Shown piece after piece: positions 29,726 through 42,700 of a stretch of 64,000 nucleotides of DNA. Each line of letters opens with the position of its first letter. The stretch's first letter is position 1. The stretch covers positions 1,671-65,670 of the forward strand of contig CANDBZ010000001.1 in the NCBI GenBank assembly GCA_947383095.1, in the 5' to 3' direction. The notes under the pieces are model-generated. The model saw only the letters and a program-made list of their open reading frames with translations. It ran no database searches and had not been told where the DNA came from. Source of the stretch: an uncultured Clostridia bacterium (GTDB lineage Bacteria > Bacillota > Clostridia > Christensenellales > CAG-917). The position numbers were made by a program, and so were the translations under genes.

Positions 29726-29726
<1 letters not shown>
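28542..29726 (-). CDS. metK: S-adenosylmethionine synthase
   Basis: 394 aa. [36 protein letters not shown] and GGGALSGKD motifs. The ATG shares the T of the rpoC TAA stop (TAATG). Confidence 0.98.
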
Positions 29727-33616
<3,890 letters not shown>

Positions 33617-33629
33617 ATTAGACCTCCTG

Positions 33630-36600
33630 TCACTCCTCGTCGGAATCGCCGTTGCCGAAGATGTCGCTCATGTCGGGAGTACCCTGCGTGAGCGCGCTGA
33701 AAATGCTTTCGTCGTCATCGTCGGTATCGAACAAGCTCTTCGCCTCGTCCGCCGCGTTATCCACGCCGAAGCCGGCAAATATGTTTTCGTCCGCCATGAT
33801 ATCGATTTCCTTAAGGTCTTCCTGTTTGCCGACGGGAGTATCGAAATCAAGGTCGTCGTCGTAATCGCGAAGCTTGACTTCGTCTCTGTCCTCCGTGAGG
33901 ACCTTCACGTCGAGCGCAAGGCTTTGGAGCTCCTTGACAAGCACCTTAAACGATTCCGGAATGCCCGGCTCGGAAATATTGCTGCCCTTGACGATAGATT
34001 CGTATGTCTTTACTCTGCCCACGACGTCGTCGGACTTGACGGTAAGGATCTCCTGCAGCATGTTTGCCGCGCCGTATGCCTCGAGCGCCCAGACTTCCAT
34101 TTCGCCGAAACGCTGTCCGCCGAACTGCGCTTTGCCGCCGAGCGGTTGCTGCGTGACAAGGCTGTAAGGACCTGTCGACCTCGCATGGATCTTGTCGTCG
34201 ACGAGGTGATGCAGCTTGAGGTAATACATATAGCCCACCGTCGCGCGGTTTTCAAACGGTTCGCCCGTTCTTCCGTCGTATAGCTGGATCTTGCCGTCTA
34301 CGTTGCCTTCCTCGTTGACGAGCCCGCACTGCTGGAACAAAGCCTTTATATCCTGCTCGTTCGCGCCGTCGAACACAGGCGTAGCGACCTTCCAATCGAG
34401 CATATGTGCGATCAAACCGAGGTGGACCTCAAGCACCTGCCCTATATTCATACGCGAAGGAACGCCTAGGGGGTTGAGCACTATCTGAAGCGGCGTGCCG
34501 TCCGCCATAAACGGCATATCCTCCTTGGGGAGAACTCTGGACACGACGCCCTTGTTGCCGTGGCGGCCCGCCATCTTGTCGCCGACTGAAATCTTTCTCT
34601 TTTGAGCGATGTATACGCGCACAAGCTTGTTTACGCCGGGAGCGAGCTCGTCCTTATTCTTCCTCGTGAAGACCTTGACATCGACAACGATACCGCTCTC
34701 GCCGTTGGGCACGCGCAATGACGTGTCGCGCACTTCTCTCGCCTTTTCGCCGAATATCGCGCGGAGAAGTCTTTCCTCGGGCGTAAGCTCGGTCTCGCCC
34801 TTCGGGGTGACCTTTCCAACGAGAATATCGCCGGCCTTGACCTCTGCGCCCACCATGATTATACCGTCGGAATCGATATACTTAAGCACGTCGTCGTTGA
34901 GGTTGGGGATATCTCTCGTTATCTGCTCTTCGCCGAGCTTCGTGTCGCGGCACTCTATTTCATACTCTTCTATATGTATAGAGGTATATAAATCATCTTT
35001 TACAAGATCTTCGCTGATAAGAACGGCGTCTTCGTAGTTATAGCCCTCCCATGACATGAAGCCGATGAGCATGTTTCTGCCCAATGCAAGCTCTCCGTTA
35101 TCGCAGGCGGGACCGTCCGCAAGCACGGTGCCCTCTTTGACGAGATTGCCGTTTTCGTCGTATTGAGGCGCGAACACCTTGTCGCCCTTGGACACTATCG
35201 GATGTTGATTGATGCAGGTGGATTGGTTGGACCTTTCGAACTTGCTCAAGATATAAGTATCCGTAGTGCCGTCAGCGCATTCGACGACTATCTTGTCGCT
35301 GTCGACGTACTTGACAAAGCCGTCGCGCTTTGCGATCTTCAAAACACCGCTGTCGTACGCGATCTTGTGCTCGACTCCCGTTGCGATCATAGGCGCTTCC
35401 GGTCGCAGAAGAGGCACTGCCTGTCTCTGCATGTTGGAGCCCATAAGAGCACGGTTGGTATCGTCGTTTTCAAGGAAGGGAATGAGCGCGGTCGCGATCG
35501 ATATCAACTGCTTGGGGTTGACGTCCATATAGTCCGCCGTAAACTTGGGGACCTCGCGGATGTCGTTTTGTATACGGCAGTTGACGCGAGGACGCTCGAA
35601 CCTGCTCGTTTCGTCAAGAGCTTCGTTCGCCTGCGCTATGACGTATTTATCCTCTTCGTCCGCAGCCATATATACGACTTCGTCCGTGACGACGGAATCA
35701 ACGACCTTGCCGTCCGCGTCGTAGGTCTTTTCTATCTTGCGGTAGGGAGTCTCGATGAAGCCGTACTCGTTGACCTTTGCATAAGAGGACAAAGATGTGA
35801 TAAGACCGATGTTTTGACCTTCAGGCGTTTCGATAGGACACATGCGCCCGTAATGGGAGTGGTGAACGTCGCGCACCTCGAAGCTCGCGCGTTCTCTGTT
35901 CAAGCCGCCGGGGCCGAGTGCGGAAAGCTTGCGCTTGTGCGTCAGCTCCGCTATAGGATTGGGCTGGTCCATGAACTGCGACAGCTGCGAGGAGCCGAAG
36001 AACTCCTTCACAGCGCTTGTCACGGGACGTATGTTTATCAAGGTTTGAGGAGTGATCTCCGCGTTTTCCTGCGCGGAAGCCATTCTCTCCTTTATCACTC
36101 TCTCGAGACGGGAAATGCCGATGCGGAATTGGTTTTGAAGCAATTCGCCCACGGCGCGCACTCGACGGTTGGAGAGGTGGTCGATATCGTCGCAGCTGCC
36201 GAAGCCGTGACGGAGACCGAGGTTGTAGTCTGCAATGGCTATGATGTCGTCAAGCGTGATGTGCTTGTAAACAAGCTCGTCCACAGAGGCCTTTATGGTC
36301 ACGAGCAGCTGTCCCAAATCGTCGCCGCATTCGTCCATAATAGCCTTGAGGTTGGGGTAATAGACCTTTTCCAAAATGCCGAGCTCGCGCGGATTGCAGT
36401 CCACAAACGCGTCGAGGTCGACGGTGTTGTTGCCTATCGCCTTAAACTTGCACACCTTACCGTCGGAGTCGGTATACTCGAGGTAAACGACGTTGACCGC
36501 GTTGTTTTGTATCTCTTTGCCCTTCTCCTCGGTGACGATCTCTCCCTTGGTCGCAAGAATTTCGCCCGTCACCGCGCTGACCACGTCCTCCGCCAGCTTA

Positions 36601-37472
36601 TAGCCGACTATACGCGTGCCTATGGCAAGCTTTTTGTTGTATTTGTAGCGGCCGACTCTCGCGAGGTCGTAGCGCTTATAATCGTAAAACGTGTTATGGA
36701 TAAGCACGTTCGCGCCTTCGACGGTTGGCACCTCGCCCGGACGCAAACGGCGGAACAAATTCATTTTGCCTTGATCGACCGTCTTGCACTCCGCGTCCTT
36801 CTCGCAGGTCTTCACGATCATGTCGTCGCCGCCGAACAGCTCTATAAGCTCCGCGTCGGTGCCGATGCCGAGCGCGCGCAAAAGCGTGGTTGCGGTTATC
36901 TTTCTCGTCCTGTCGACGTGCACCCATTGGATGTCGTTGCCGTCCTGCTCGTATTCCAGCCAAGCGCCGCGGTTGGGGATGACGGTCGTCGCATAACGCG
37001 GCACGCCGTTTTTATCCAGCACCTTGTCGTTGTAAACGCCGGGGCTTCTCACAAGCTGGCTGACGATAACGCGCTCCGCGCCGTTTATAACAAACGATCC
37101 CGCGTCCGTCATGAGCGGGAAATCGCCCATAAATACCTCTTGCTCGACGACCTCGCCCGTTTCCGTATTGGTGAGGCGGGCTTTGACCTTGAGCGGCACC
37201 GCATAAGTAGCGTCGCGGTCTTTACACTCCTTGACGGAGTACTTGGGCTCGCCGTCAAAGCGGTGTGACAAAAATTCCAATTTCAATCTGCCGGCGAAGT
37301 CGACGATAGGGGAATAATCCTTAAAAACCTCGTCGATGCCCTCGCCTATGAAATTGGCATAGGAATTTTTTTGCACCTCAATAAGATACGGTATGGGCAG
37401 AACGTTTTTTATCTGCGAAAAGTCGCGTCTTTCCGTCGTACCGTACATTTGATTGTGAATTCTTTGGGACAT
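33630..37472 (-). CDS. rpoB: DNA-directed RNA polymerase subunit beta
   Basis: Conserved rpoB blocks ([56 protein letters not shown]). The ATG at 37472 lies 8 nt after AAGGAG; the ORF-track start at 37481 is a GTG. Confidence 0.98.
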   Translation of the reverse strand: MSQRIHNQMYGTTERRDFSQIKNVLPIPYLIEVQKNSYANFIGEGIDEVFKDYSPIVDFAGRLKLEFLSHRFDGEPKYSVKECKDRDATYAVPLKVKARLTNTETGEVVEQEVFMGDFPLMTDAGSFVINGAERVIVSQLVRSPGVYNDKVLDKNGVPRYATTVIPNRGAWLEYEQDGNDIQWVHVDRTRKITATTLLRALGIGTDAELIELFGGDDMIVKTCEKDAECKTVDQGKMNLFRRLRPGEVPTVEGANVLIHNTFYDYKRYDLARVGRYKYNKKLAIGTRIVGYKLAEDVVSAVTGEILATKGEIVTEEKGKEIQNNAVNVVYLEYTDSDGKVCKFKAIGNNTVDLDAFVDCNPRELGILEKVYYPNLKAIMDECGDDLGQLLVTIKASVDELVYKHITLDDIIAIADYNLGLRHGFGSCDDIDHLSNRRVRAVGELLQNQFRIGISRLERVIKERMASAQENAEITPQTLINIRPVTSAVKEFFGSSQLSQFMDQPNPIAELTHKRKLSALGPGGLNRERASFEVRDVHHSHYGRMCPIETPEGQNIGLITSLSSYAKVNEYGFIETPYRKIEKTYDADGKVVDSVVTDEVVYMAADEEDKYVIAQANEALDETSRFERPRVNCRIQNDIREVPKFTADYMDVNPKQLISIATALIPFLENDDTNRALMGSNMQRQAVPLLRPEAPMIATGVEHKIAYDSGVLKIAKRDGFVKYVDSDKIVVECADGTTDTYILSKFERSNQSTCINQHPIVSKGDKVFAPQYDENGNLVKEGTVLADGPACDNGELALGRNMLIGFMSWEGYNYEDAVLISEDLVKDDLYTSIHIEEYEIECRDTKLGEEQITRDIPNLNDDVLKYIDSDGIIMVGAEVKAGDILVGKVTPKGETELTPEERLLRAIFGEKAREVRDTSLRVPNGESGIVVDVKVFTRKNKDELAPGVNKLVRVYIAQKRKISVGDKMAGRHGNKGVVSRVLPKEDMPFMADGTPLQIVLNPLGVPSRMNIGQVLEVHLGLIAHMLDWKVATPVFDGANEQDIKALFQQCGLVNEEGNVDGKIQLYDGRTGEPFENRATVGYMYYLKLHHLVDDKIHARSTGPYSLVTQQPLGGKAQFGGQRFGEMEVWALEAYGAANMLQEILTVKSDDVVGRVKTYESIVKGSNISEPGIPESFKVLVKELQSLALDVKVLTEDRDEVKLRDYDDDLDFDTPVGKQEDLKEIDIMADENIFAGFGVDNAADEAKSLFDTDDDDESIFSALTQGTPDMSDIFGNGDSDEE

Positions 37473-37668
37473 TATATTCACTCCTTAAAAAAATTACCTT
37501 CCGATGCCGCGGAGCCGCGTTTTAAAAAATTTCCGACGCGTATATATCTCCTGCGGACTTGCATTTTCGATTGCCGATTGTTATAATATCTACAGTATTT
37601 ATTATAACCCCCTACCCCCAAAGCCTTATGGCGTTGAGGGCAGGAATTGCATTATTGCGCAGTTTTCT

Positions 37669-37697
37669 ATTGTACACGCATTTGTCAAGAGTGTCAA
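37669..37697 (-). promoter_or_regulatory. candidate sigma-A promoter for rpoBC
   Basis: On the minus strand: TTGACA (37692-37697), 17-nt spacer, TACAAT (37669-37674) preceded by TG. This would give a ~190-nt leader. Confidence 0.5.
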
Positions 37698-37786
37698 GCG
37701 GCTGAAATCAAGTTTTTGCGTTTTACGTAAACTTTTGCAAACATTTGTCGCAATTTGTTTTTTTACCTTAAAATTTACGTATCCTA

Positions 37787-37815
37787 TTGCGCCCCCATGC
37801 GTTTGGCTGTATAAT
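37787..37815 (+). promoter_or_regulatory. candidate promoter for S4-domain/ispDF unit
   Basis: TTGCGC (37787-37792), 17-nt spacer, TATAAT (37810-37815), 26 nt before the ATG at 37842. Confidence 0.4.
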
Positions 37816-37841
37816 GACCGCAAGAAAAAACGGCGGGAATT

Positions 37842-38099
37842 ATGAGAATAGACAAGTTTTTGAAGGTATCAAGAGTCATAAAAAGACGCACCGTAGCGCA
37901 GGAAGCGTGCGACGGCGGACGTATAGAGATAAACGGCAAGGTCGCAAAGCCGTCCAAAGAGGTAAAGACCGGAGACCGCGTATCCGTAAGCTTCGGCAAT
38001 AGGACGATGACCTTTGAAGTGCTGTCCACCGACGAGCGCCAGACAAAACAAAGCGCGGAGACCATGTATCGCATTTTAGACGGAGACGGCGATTTATGA
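37842..38099 (+). CDS. RNA-binding S4 domain protein (YabO/Hsp15-like)
   Basis: 85 aa. MRIDKFLKVSRVIKRRTVAQEACDGGRIEINGKVAKPSKEVKTGDRV matches the S4 alpha-L motif. Confidence 0.85.
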   Translation: MRIDKFLKVSRVIKRRTVAQEACDGGRIEINGKVAKPSKEVKTGDRVSVSFGNRTMTFEVLSTDERQTKQSAETMYRILDGDGDL

Positions 38100-39229
38100 A
38101 AATAGAGGTTATCGTCACGGCGGGCGGCAAAAGCCAACGCTACGGCGAAAAAAACAAGCTTTTTGAAAAATGCGGCGACTCGTGCGTGCTGATAGAGGCG
38201 ATAAAGCCCTTTTTGCAGATCCCGAACGTGAGCAAGATTATCGTGGGCATAGAGTCCTCGTATGCGGACGAATTTTTTGCCGCCGCCGACGCGGCGGGAC
38301 TCGCGGAAGAAAAACGCATAGTGCTTTCGACAGGCGGAAGCTCGCGCACGCAAACGGTGAAAAACGCGACGGCGGCGATCGACGACGATACGGAATACAT
38401 TCTTATCCATGACGGCGCGCGTCCGTTTGTGACGAAAGAGCTCATATCGCAGGTCCTCCAAAGCGCAGCGGACTACGGCGTAGCCCTTCCGCTGTTGCGT
38501 CTCACCGACGCTGCGGCGGACGTTTCCCGAGGCGTAGAGCCCGTAGACCGTGAGAATTTGCGACTTGTGCAAACCCCGTTTTGCGCGCGAAAGGAAATAG
38601 TTACTGCCGCATACTTACACGCACAAAACGCGTTTTATGATGACTTAAGCGTTATAAAAACATGCTTTTCGGGCGAAATAGGCATTGTCGATGGGGACAG
38701 AAACAATATAAAAATAACGTATAACGACGATATACGTGATAATGACCATATGCTTGCGGGATGCGGATACGACGTTCACCGCACAAAAGCGGGCGACGGC
38801 GTCAAGCTGCTGGGCATAGAGCTACCCTGCGATATGGCTTTTATCGCGCACAGCGACGGGGACGTACCCGCGCACGCTCTTATGGACGCGATACTCTCCG
38901 CAATAGGAGAAAAGGATATCGGCCATCTCTTCCCCGTGGACGACGCGAGATACGACGGCGCGGACAGCATGGAGCTTCTGCGCGCAGTCGTCCGCATCGC
39001 GCGCATGAAGGGATATGCGCCGTTTAACGCCTCCGTCACCGTAATAGCGCAACGTCCCTATCTATCGCCCTACGTCGACCGCATGCGAGCCTCGGCGGCT
39101 AACGCCCTCGGTATCGATACGACACGCGTCGGCATAAGCGCGACTACCAACGAAGAGGTGGGCGAGATAGGCGACGGGAAGGCGGTCGCGGCATATGCGA
39201 CCGTATCTATGAAAAAAATCTCGCTCTGA
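38096..39229 (+). CDS. ispDF: bifunctional 2-C-methyl-D-erythritol 4-phosphate cytidylyltransferase / MEcPP synthase (IspD-IspF fusion)
   Basis: N-terminal IVTAGGKSQRYG (IspD P-loop-like) and C-terminal GYDVHR...HSDGDVPAHALMDAILSA..DIG..FP (IspF zinc/His motifs). ATGA overlap with the S4 gene. Confidence 0.93.
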   Translation: MKIEVIVTAGGKSQRYGEKNKLFEKCGDSCVLIEAIKPFLQIPNVSKIIVGIESSYADEFFAAADAAGLAEEKRIVLSTGGSSRTQTVKNATAAIDDDTEYILIHDGARPFVTKELISQVLQSAADYGVALPLLRLTDAAADVSRGVEPVDRENLRLVQTPFCARKEIVTAAYLHAQNAFYDDLSVIKTCFSGEIGIVDGDRNNIKITYNDDIRDNDHMLAGCGYDVHRTKAGDGVKLLGIELPCDMAFIAHSDGDVPAHALMDAILSAIGEKDIGHLFPVDDARYDGADSMELLRAVVRIARMKGYAPFNASVTVIAQRPYLSPYVDRMRASAANALGIDTTRVGISATTNEEVGEIGDGKAVAAYATVSMKKISL

Positions 39230-39248
39230 TAAACGCAAAAATATAAAT

Positions 39249-39278
39249 AAAGCGGCATTGCCCCAGCAATGCCGCTTT
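39249..39278. terminator. bidirectional terminator between ispDF and the DUF1858 gene
   Basis: Perfect 12-bp stem aaagcggcattg/caatgccgcttt with loop ccccag. A T-rich tract follows on the minus strand. Confidence 0.65.
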
Positions 39279-39303
39279 AAGCTTTAAATCAGCCGAAAAT
39301 GCG

Positions 39304-39501
39304 TCACGCGATAGCCGCGTTCAGCTTTTCTACGAGCTTATCGACGTCGATACCGTGTACCGCCGCCGCTCCCTCAAGCGTTTCGCCGTGAGCAAGCGTG
39401 CAATGCAGACAGTGCATACCGCTTTCCATGAGCACGGCGGCGAGCTTATCCGCGTCGCCCTGTTCAAGTATCTCGATAACGAGCATATCCTTTGAAATCA
39501 T
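39304..39501 (-). CDS. DUF1858 domain protein (hybrid-cluster-protein-associated redox disulfide type)
   Basis: 65 aa. MHCLHCTLAHGETLEGAAAVHGID matches my memory of the DUF1858 CxxC core. GGAGGT RBS. Confidence 0.65.
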   Translation of the reverse strand: MISKDMLVIEILEQGDADKLAAVLMESGMHCLHCTLAHGETLEGAAAVHGIDVDKLVEKLNAAIA

Positions 39502-39595
39502 TTGCTTTTACCTCCGATATATTTCTGACGCGCGTTTTGCGCTAAAGTCACAAGAATATAATGCGCGCGCTCGCGCATTTTATCCGACCAACGAC

Positions 39596-39623
39596 ATTAT
39601 AGCACATCGCCGCGCATTTTCAA
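39596..39623 (-). promoter_or_regulatory. sigma-A promoter of the DUF1858 gene
   Basis: On the minus strand: TTGAAA (39618-39623), 16-nt spacer, TGcTATAAT (-10 at 39596-39601). Confidence 0.55.
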
Positions 39624-39674
39624 GTCCTGCGAAATCTATTTTTATATTTAATCGTTTTTTATGATTTTGCATAC

Positions 39675-39708
39675 AAAAAGCCTCGCCGTTTAAGGGCGAG
39701 GCCTTTTT
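39675..39708 (-). terminator. intrinsic terminator of the giant gene
   Basis: Stem gcctcgcc/ggcgaggc (39680-39687, 39695-39702) with loop gtttaag, flanked by A5 (T5 on the minus strand) and T5. It starts 15 nt after the TGA. Confidence 0.85.
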
Positions 39709-39717
39709 CGATTTACA

Positions 39718-42700
39718 TCAACCGTTCAACGTAAACGTCCACACTCCGGATTCTCTCTGGAACTGCGGCTTTGTCTGACCGGGCGCAACGACGATCACGT
39801 CTGTAGACTGCGGCGTATCCGTCGTCACTACACTACCGTTTCTCAACACGGTATACGTCGTCGCGGCGGTAGTGGTCAACACGTTGCCGCCCGCATCCAC
39901 GACCGTACCGACCGCAGCGCACAAACGGAACTCGACCTTTCTTGCCCCGAACGACGGCAACGCTACTCTTGCAGAGGTTGACGTGAGCATGATCGGGTAT
40001 GACGTAATCTGCGTATTCTTATTGCTTGCCGAATACACGTACACCGTGCCGTACCACACTATCTTGAGAGTATGCGTTTTGTTGTTGCTGTCGGTATAGC
40101 TATAGGTCGTCGGCAAAGTGTTGTCGCTGTCGCGCGGGCTTGTTATATCGATAGAAGTTACGTTGACGGGATCGGCGACCTTGAGCCTGACCGTGACGCG
40201 CTGTTGCCCTCTGATCTGTATCGTCGCTGTCTTTTTGTCTATGCCGCTGTTCCTGATCCCCGAGCTGGAAACCGTCCACTTCGTGCCGGCGGGCATAGAT
40301 ACGGACGAATATCTGAAGAGCTTGGATGTAACTATCGTAGCCTCATTCGCATAAGTCACCGTCACTTTGCCGTCCTTCCTTGCGAACGTAGGAGCGAACT
40401 CACGGAACGACACGTTGTAAGAGCTGGGTAGCGTAAGAGTCTTGCCGTTGTTGGGATCGACTGTGAACTCTTTATCATCTGCGCCTTCGGATCTCTCGCC
40501 CGTTTTGTTATCGACTCCGGTCGTCGCAACGCCGTCCTTATCGACATAAGTGGACAGCGACGCGGGAGAACCGGACGGAGTCGACATATAGTGGATGAAC
40601 TTTCTGCTGACCGCAAACGGCAAATCGAACTCCTGCACGTTGCCGTCTTTGCCCGTGAGCAAAGCCGTGACGTAAACTATGCCTCCCTCGTATGACGGTC
40701 TGTATTTGCTGAAGCTCCACTTCAGCACACCGCCGTAAGCCGTTGACGTTGTATTGGACGGGGTCTTGTCCGCGACATAATAGGTTATCGTCGTATTTGT
40801 CTTCGTCTGCTCGCCGATATTAACACCGCTTGTGATAAACGTGCTGCCCTTAACGGAAACGCGAAGCATATCGGGCACCGTCGGCAACGAATAGTTGTAT
40901 GCGTCGATAAGCTCTGCGTTGTCAAAGGTTGAGCTGTACGCGTCGCGATAACCTTTCTGTTGGCTCAAGGTCTTGCGCGGCGTCTCTTTGGTCGTATCCG
41001 CCGCAAGACCTTGCACGGAACGGTTTGCCACACGCACGGTCACCTTGAGGCGCTGCACGCCTATTTCGTTGTAGTTGTTGCCTCCGATCACGCGTTCGTG
41101 ATCGTAAATACCGTCCGCATTGATATACGCATAGGCGACGAAGTCTCCGCCCGCATAGGTGACGTTCACGCTCGTGAAGTCCCACTGCACGGGTACTGTT
41201 ATAGTTTCCGTCGAATTCGCCGCGGTTAACTTGACGCTTGTCGGGAAATTCTTATATGAGCCTATCTCGTCGTACGTCAACTGAACGTATTTGTCGTTCT
41301 CGAGCTTATACTCCGCTTTGACGTACTTGCCGCTGTCGAGCAACGTATATCTCTCGCCGCCGTACAAAGGACGCTGTGCGTTGGACAGTTTGACATATTC
41401 TCTGTTTGTAACGTCGTATCTGTAGTCGGCAATCTCATACTTGCCGTCCGCGAGCAGCGCATAGCGTTCGCCGGGATAATTGTTCGCCGTGATATTCCTT
41501 TCAAACGGACTCGCTGCAAACGGGTCTATGGTGAATATGCCCAGCTCCGCAATGTATCCGACGCCGCTGACCGCGCCCGCAGGCATGAGTCCGCTAAACG
41601 TGGAGGTTGCAGCCTTGCCGTCGTTGATATGGACGGTCACGTTCATATCCAACGAGCACTTGTTTCCGTCCACAAGGCTGGAGACCTTGGCCTTCGCGGT
41701 GGTATTGCCGCCCTTATAGCCGTATCTCGTTTCGCTCAAATCCCACTCTGCAGACAGATTTTGAGTCGTCACGTAGATGAAGATATACAAATCGCTGCTA
41801 TCGTCGCTTGCGCGGTAGTGTCCGTCCTTGTATATCACCTCTCCGTCGTACTTGGAGTAGGAACGGCTTGACTTGGCGTACTTATAGAACGCAACCGTGC
41901 TGACGTCGCCCTCCGCAAACGCGCCGCCGTACACCTGATAAACTGCGTGATGTCTCTCCCAATTGGCGTCGTACGTCGTAGTTTCGCCCACAGCTCTGCC
42001 GTTGTTCCACCAATCCTCGGCGCTTATAAACTGTCCGCCGACGTAGTATGTGATAAAGCTGTCGTAGTTGTTTGTGTTGAACGCGCTGTTATTGCGGTTG
42101 CTCTCGTAGGGAGAGAACACATACTTGTAGTCGCCGACCGACATATCATTGTAAGCCACGTCGCTGTTGTTCACGGAAAGCGCGGATGCGCGCAACGTAA
42201 ACGTGATCTCAAACGCGTCCATGACCTCGAAGCTGCCCTCGTGGGACGGGTCGCCGCTCCAGATATGAGCCTTGACCTGCTTGCTGAACGAAGCCGCGTT
42301 CGCCGCCAACTCGTCAAAGGAAGGCACGCCGTCGTAGGTGATATAGTACACGCCGGTGTCTCCGTTTGTGAACGTGATGCGTATTTTAGCGGGCAATCCC
42401 TTCTCGCCGACATACGAATAACGGTTGTAGAACACTATTTCTTCCGGCAAACCGGTGCCGTTATTCTTTGTTATCTCGATATATCTGCCGTCGTTGCGAT
42501 TGCCGTGGCTGTCTACGCCGACAACCGTCCTTGTAACGCGACTTGCGTTGCTACGGTCGACGTAAAGCTCCGTGACGTTGCTGCGGAAGACAAATTCGGA
42601 CGTTTTGAGCGTACGCTCGAGGACCGTTACGGGCAGGTTAAATCTCTGCGTGGCGAGGCTCAAGCGCTCTTCGCTCGGGCAGGTCCAACCGTCGTCGCCG

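Noticed and set aside
37784-38572. 262-aa minus-strand ORF overlapping the S4-domain and ispDF genes
   Set aside because: It is antisense to two well-supported plus-strand genes (IspD/IspF motifs) and has an Arg-rich nonsense-like translation.
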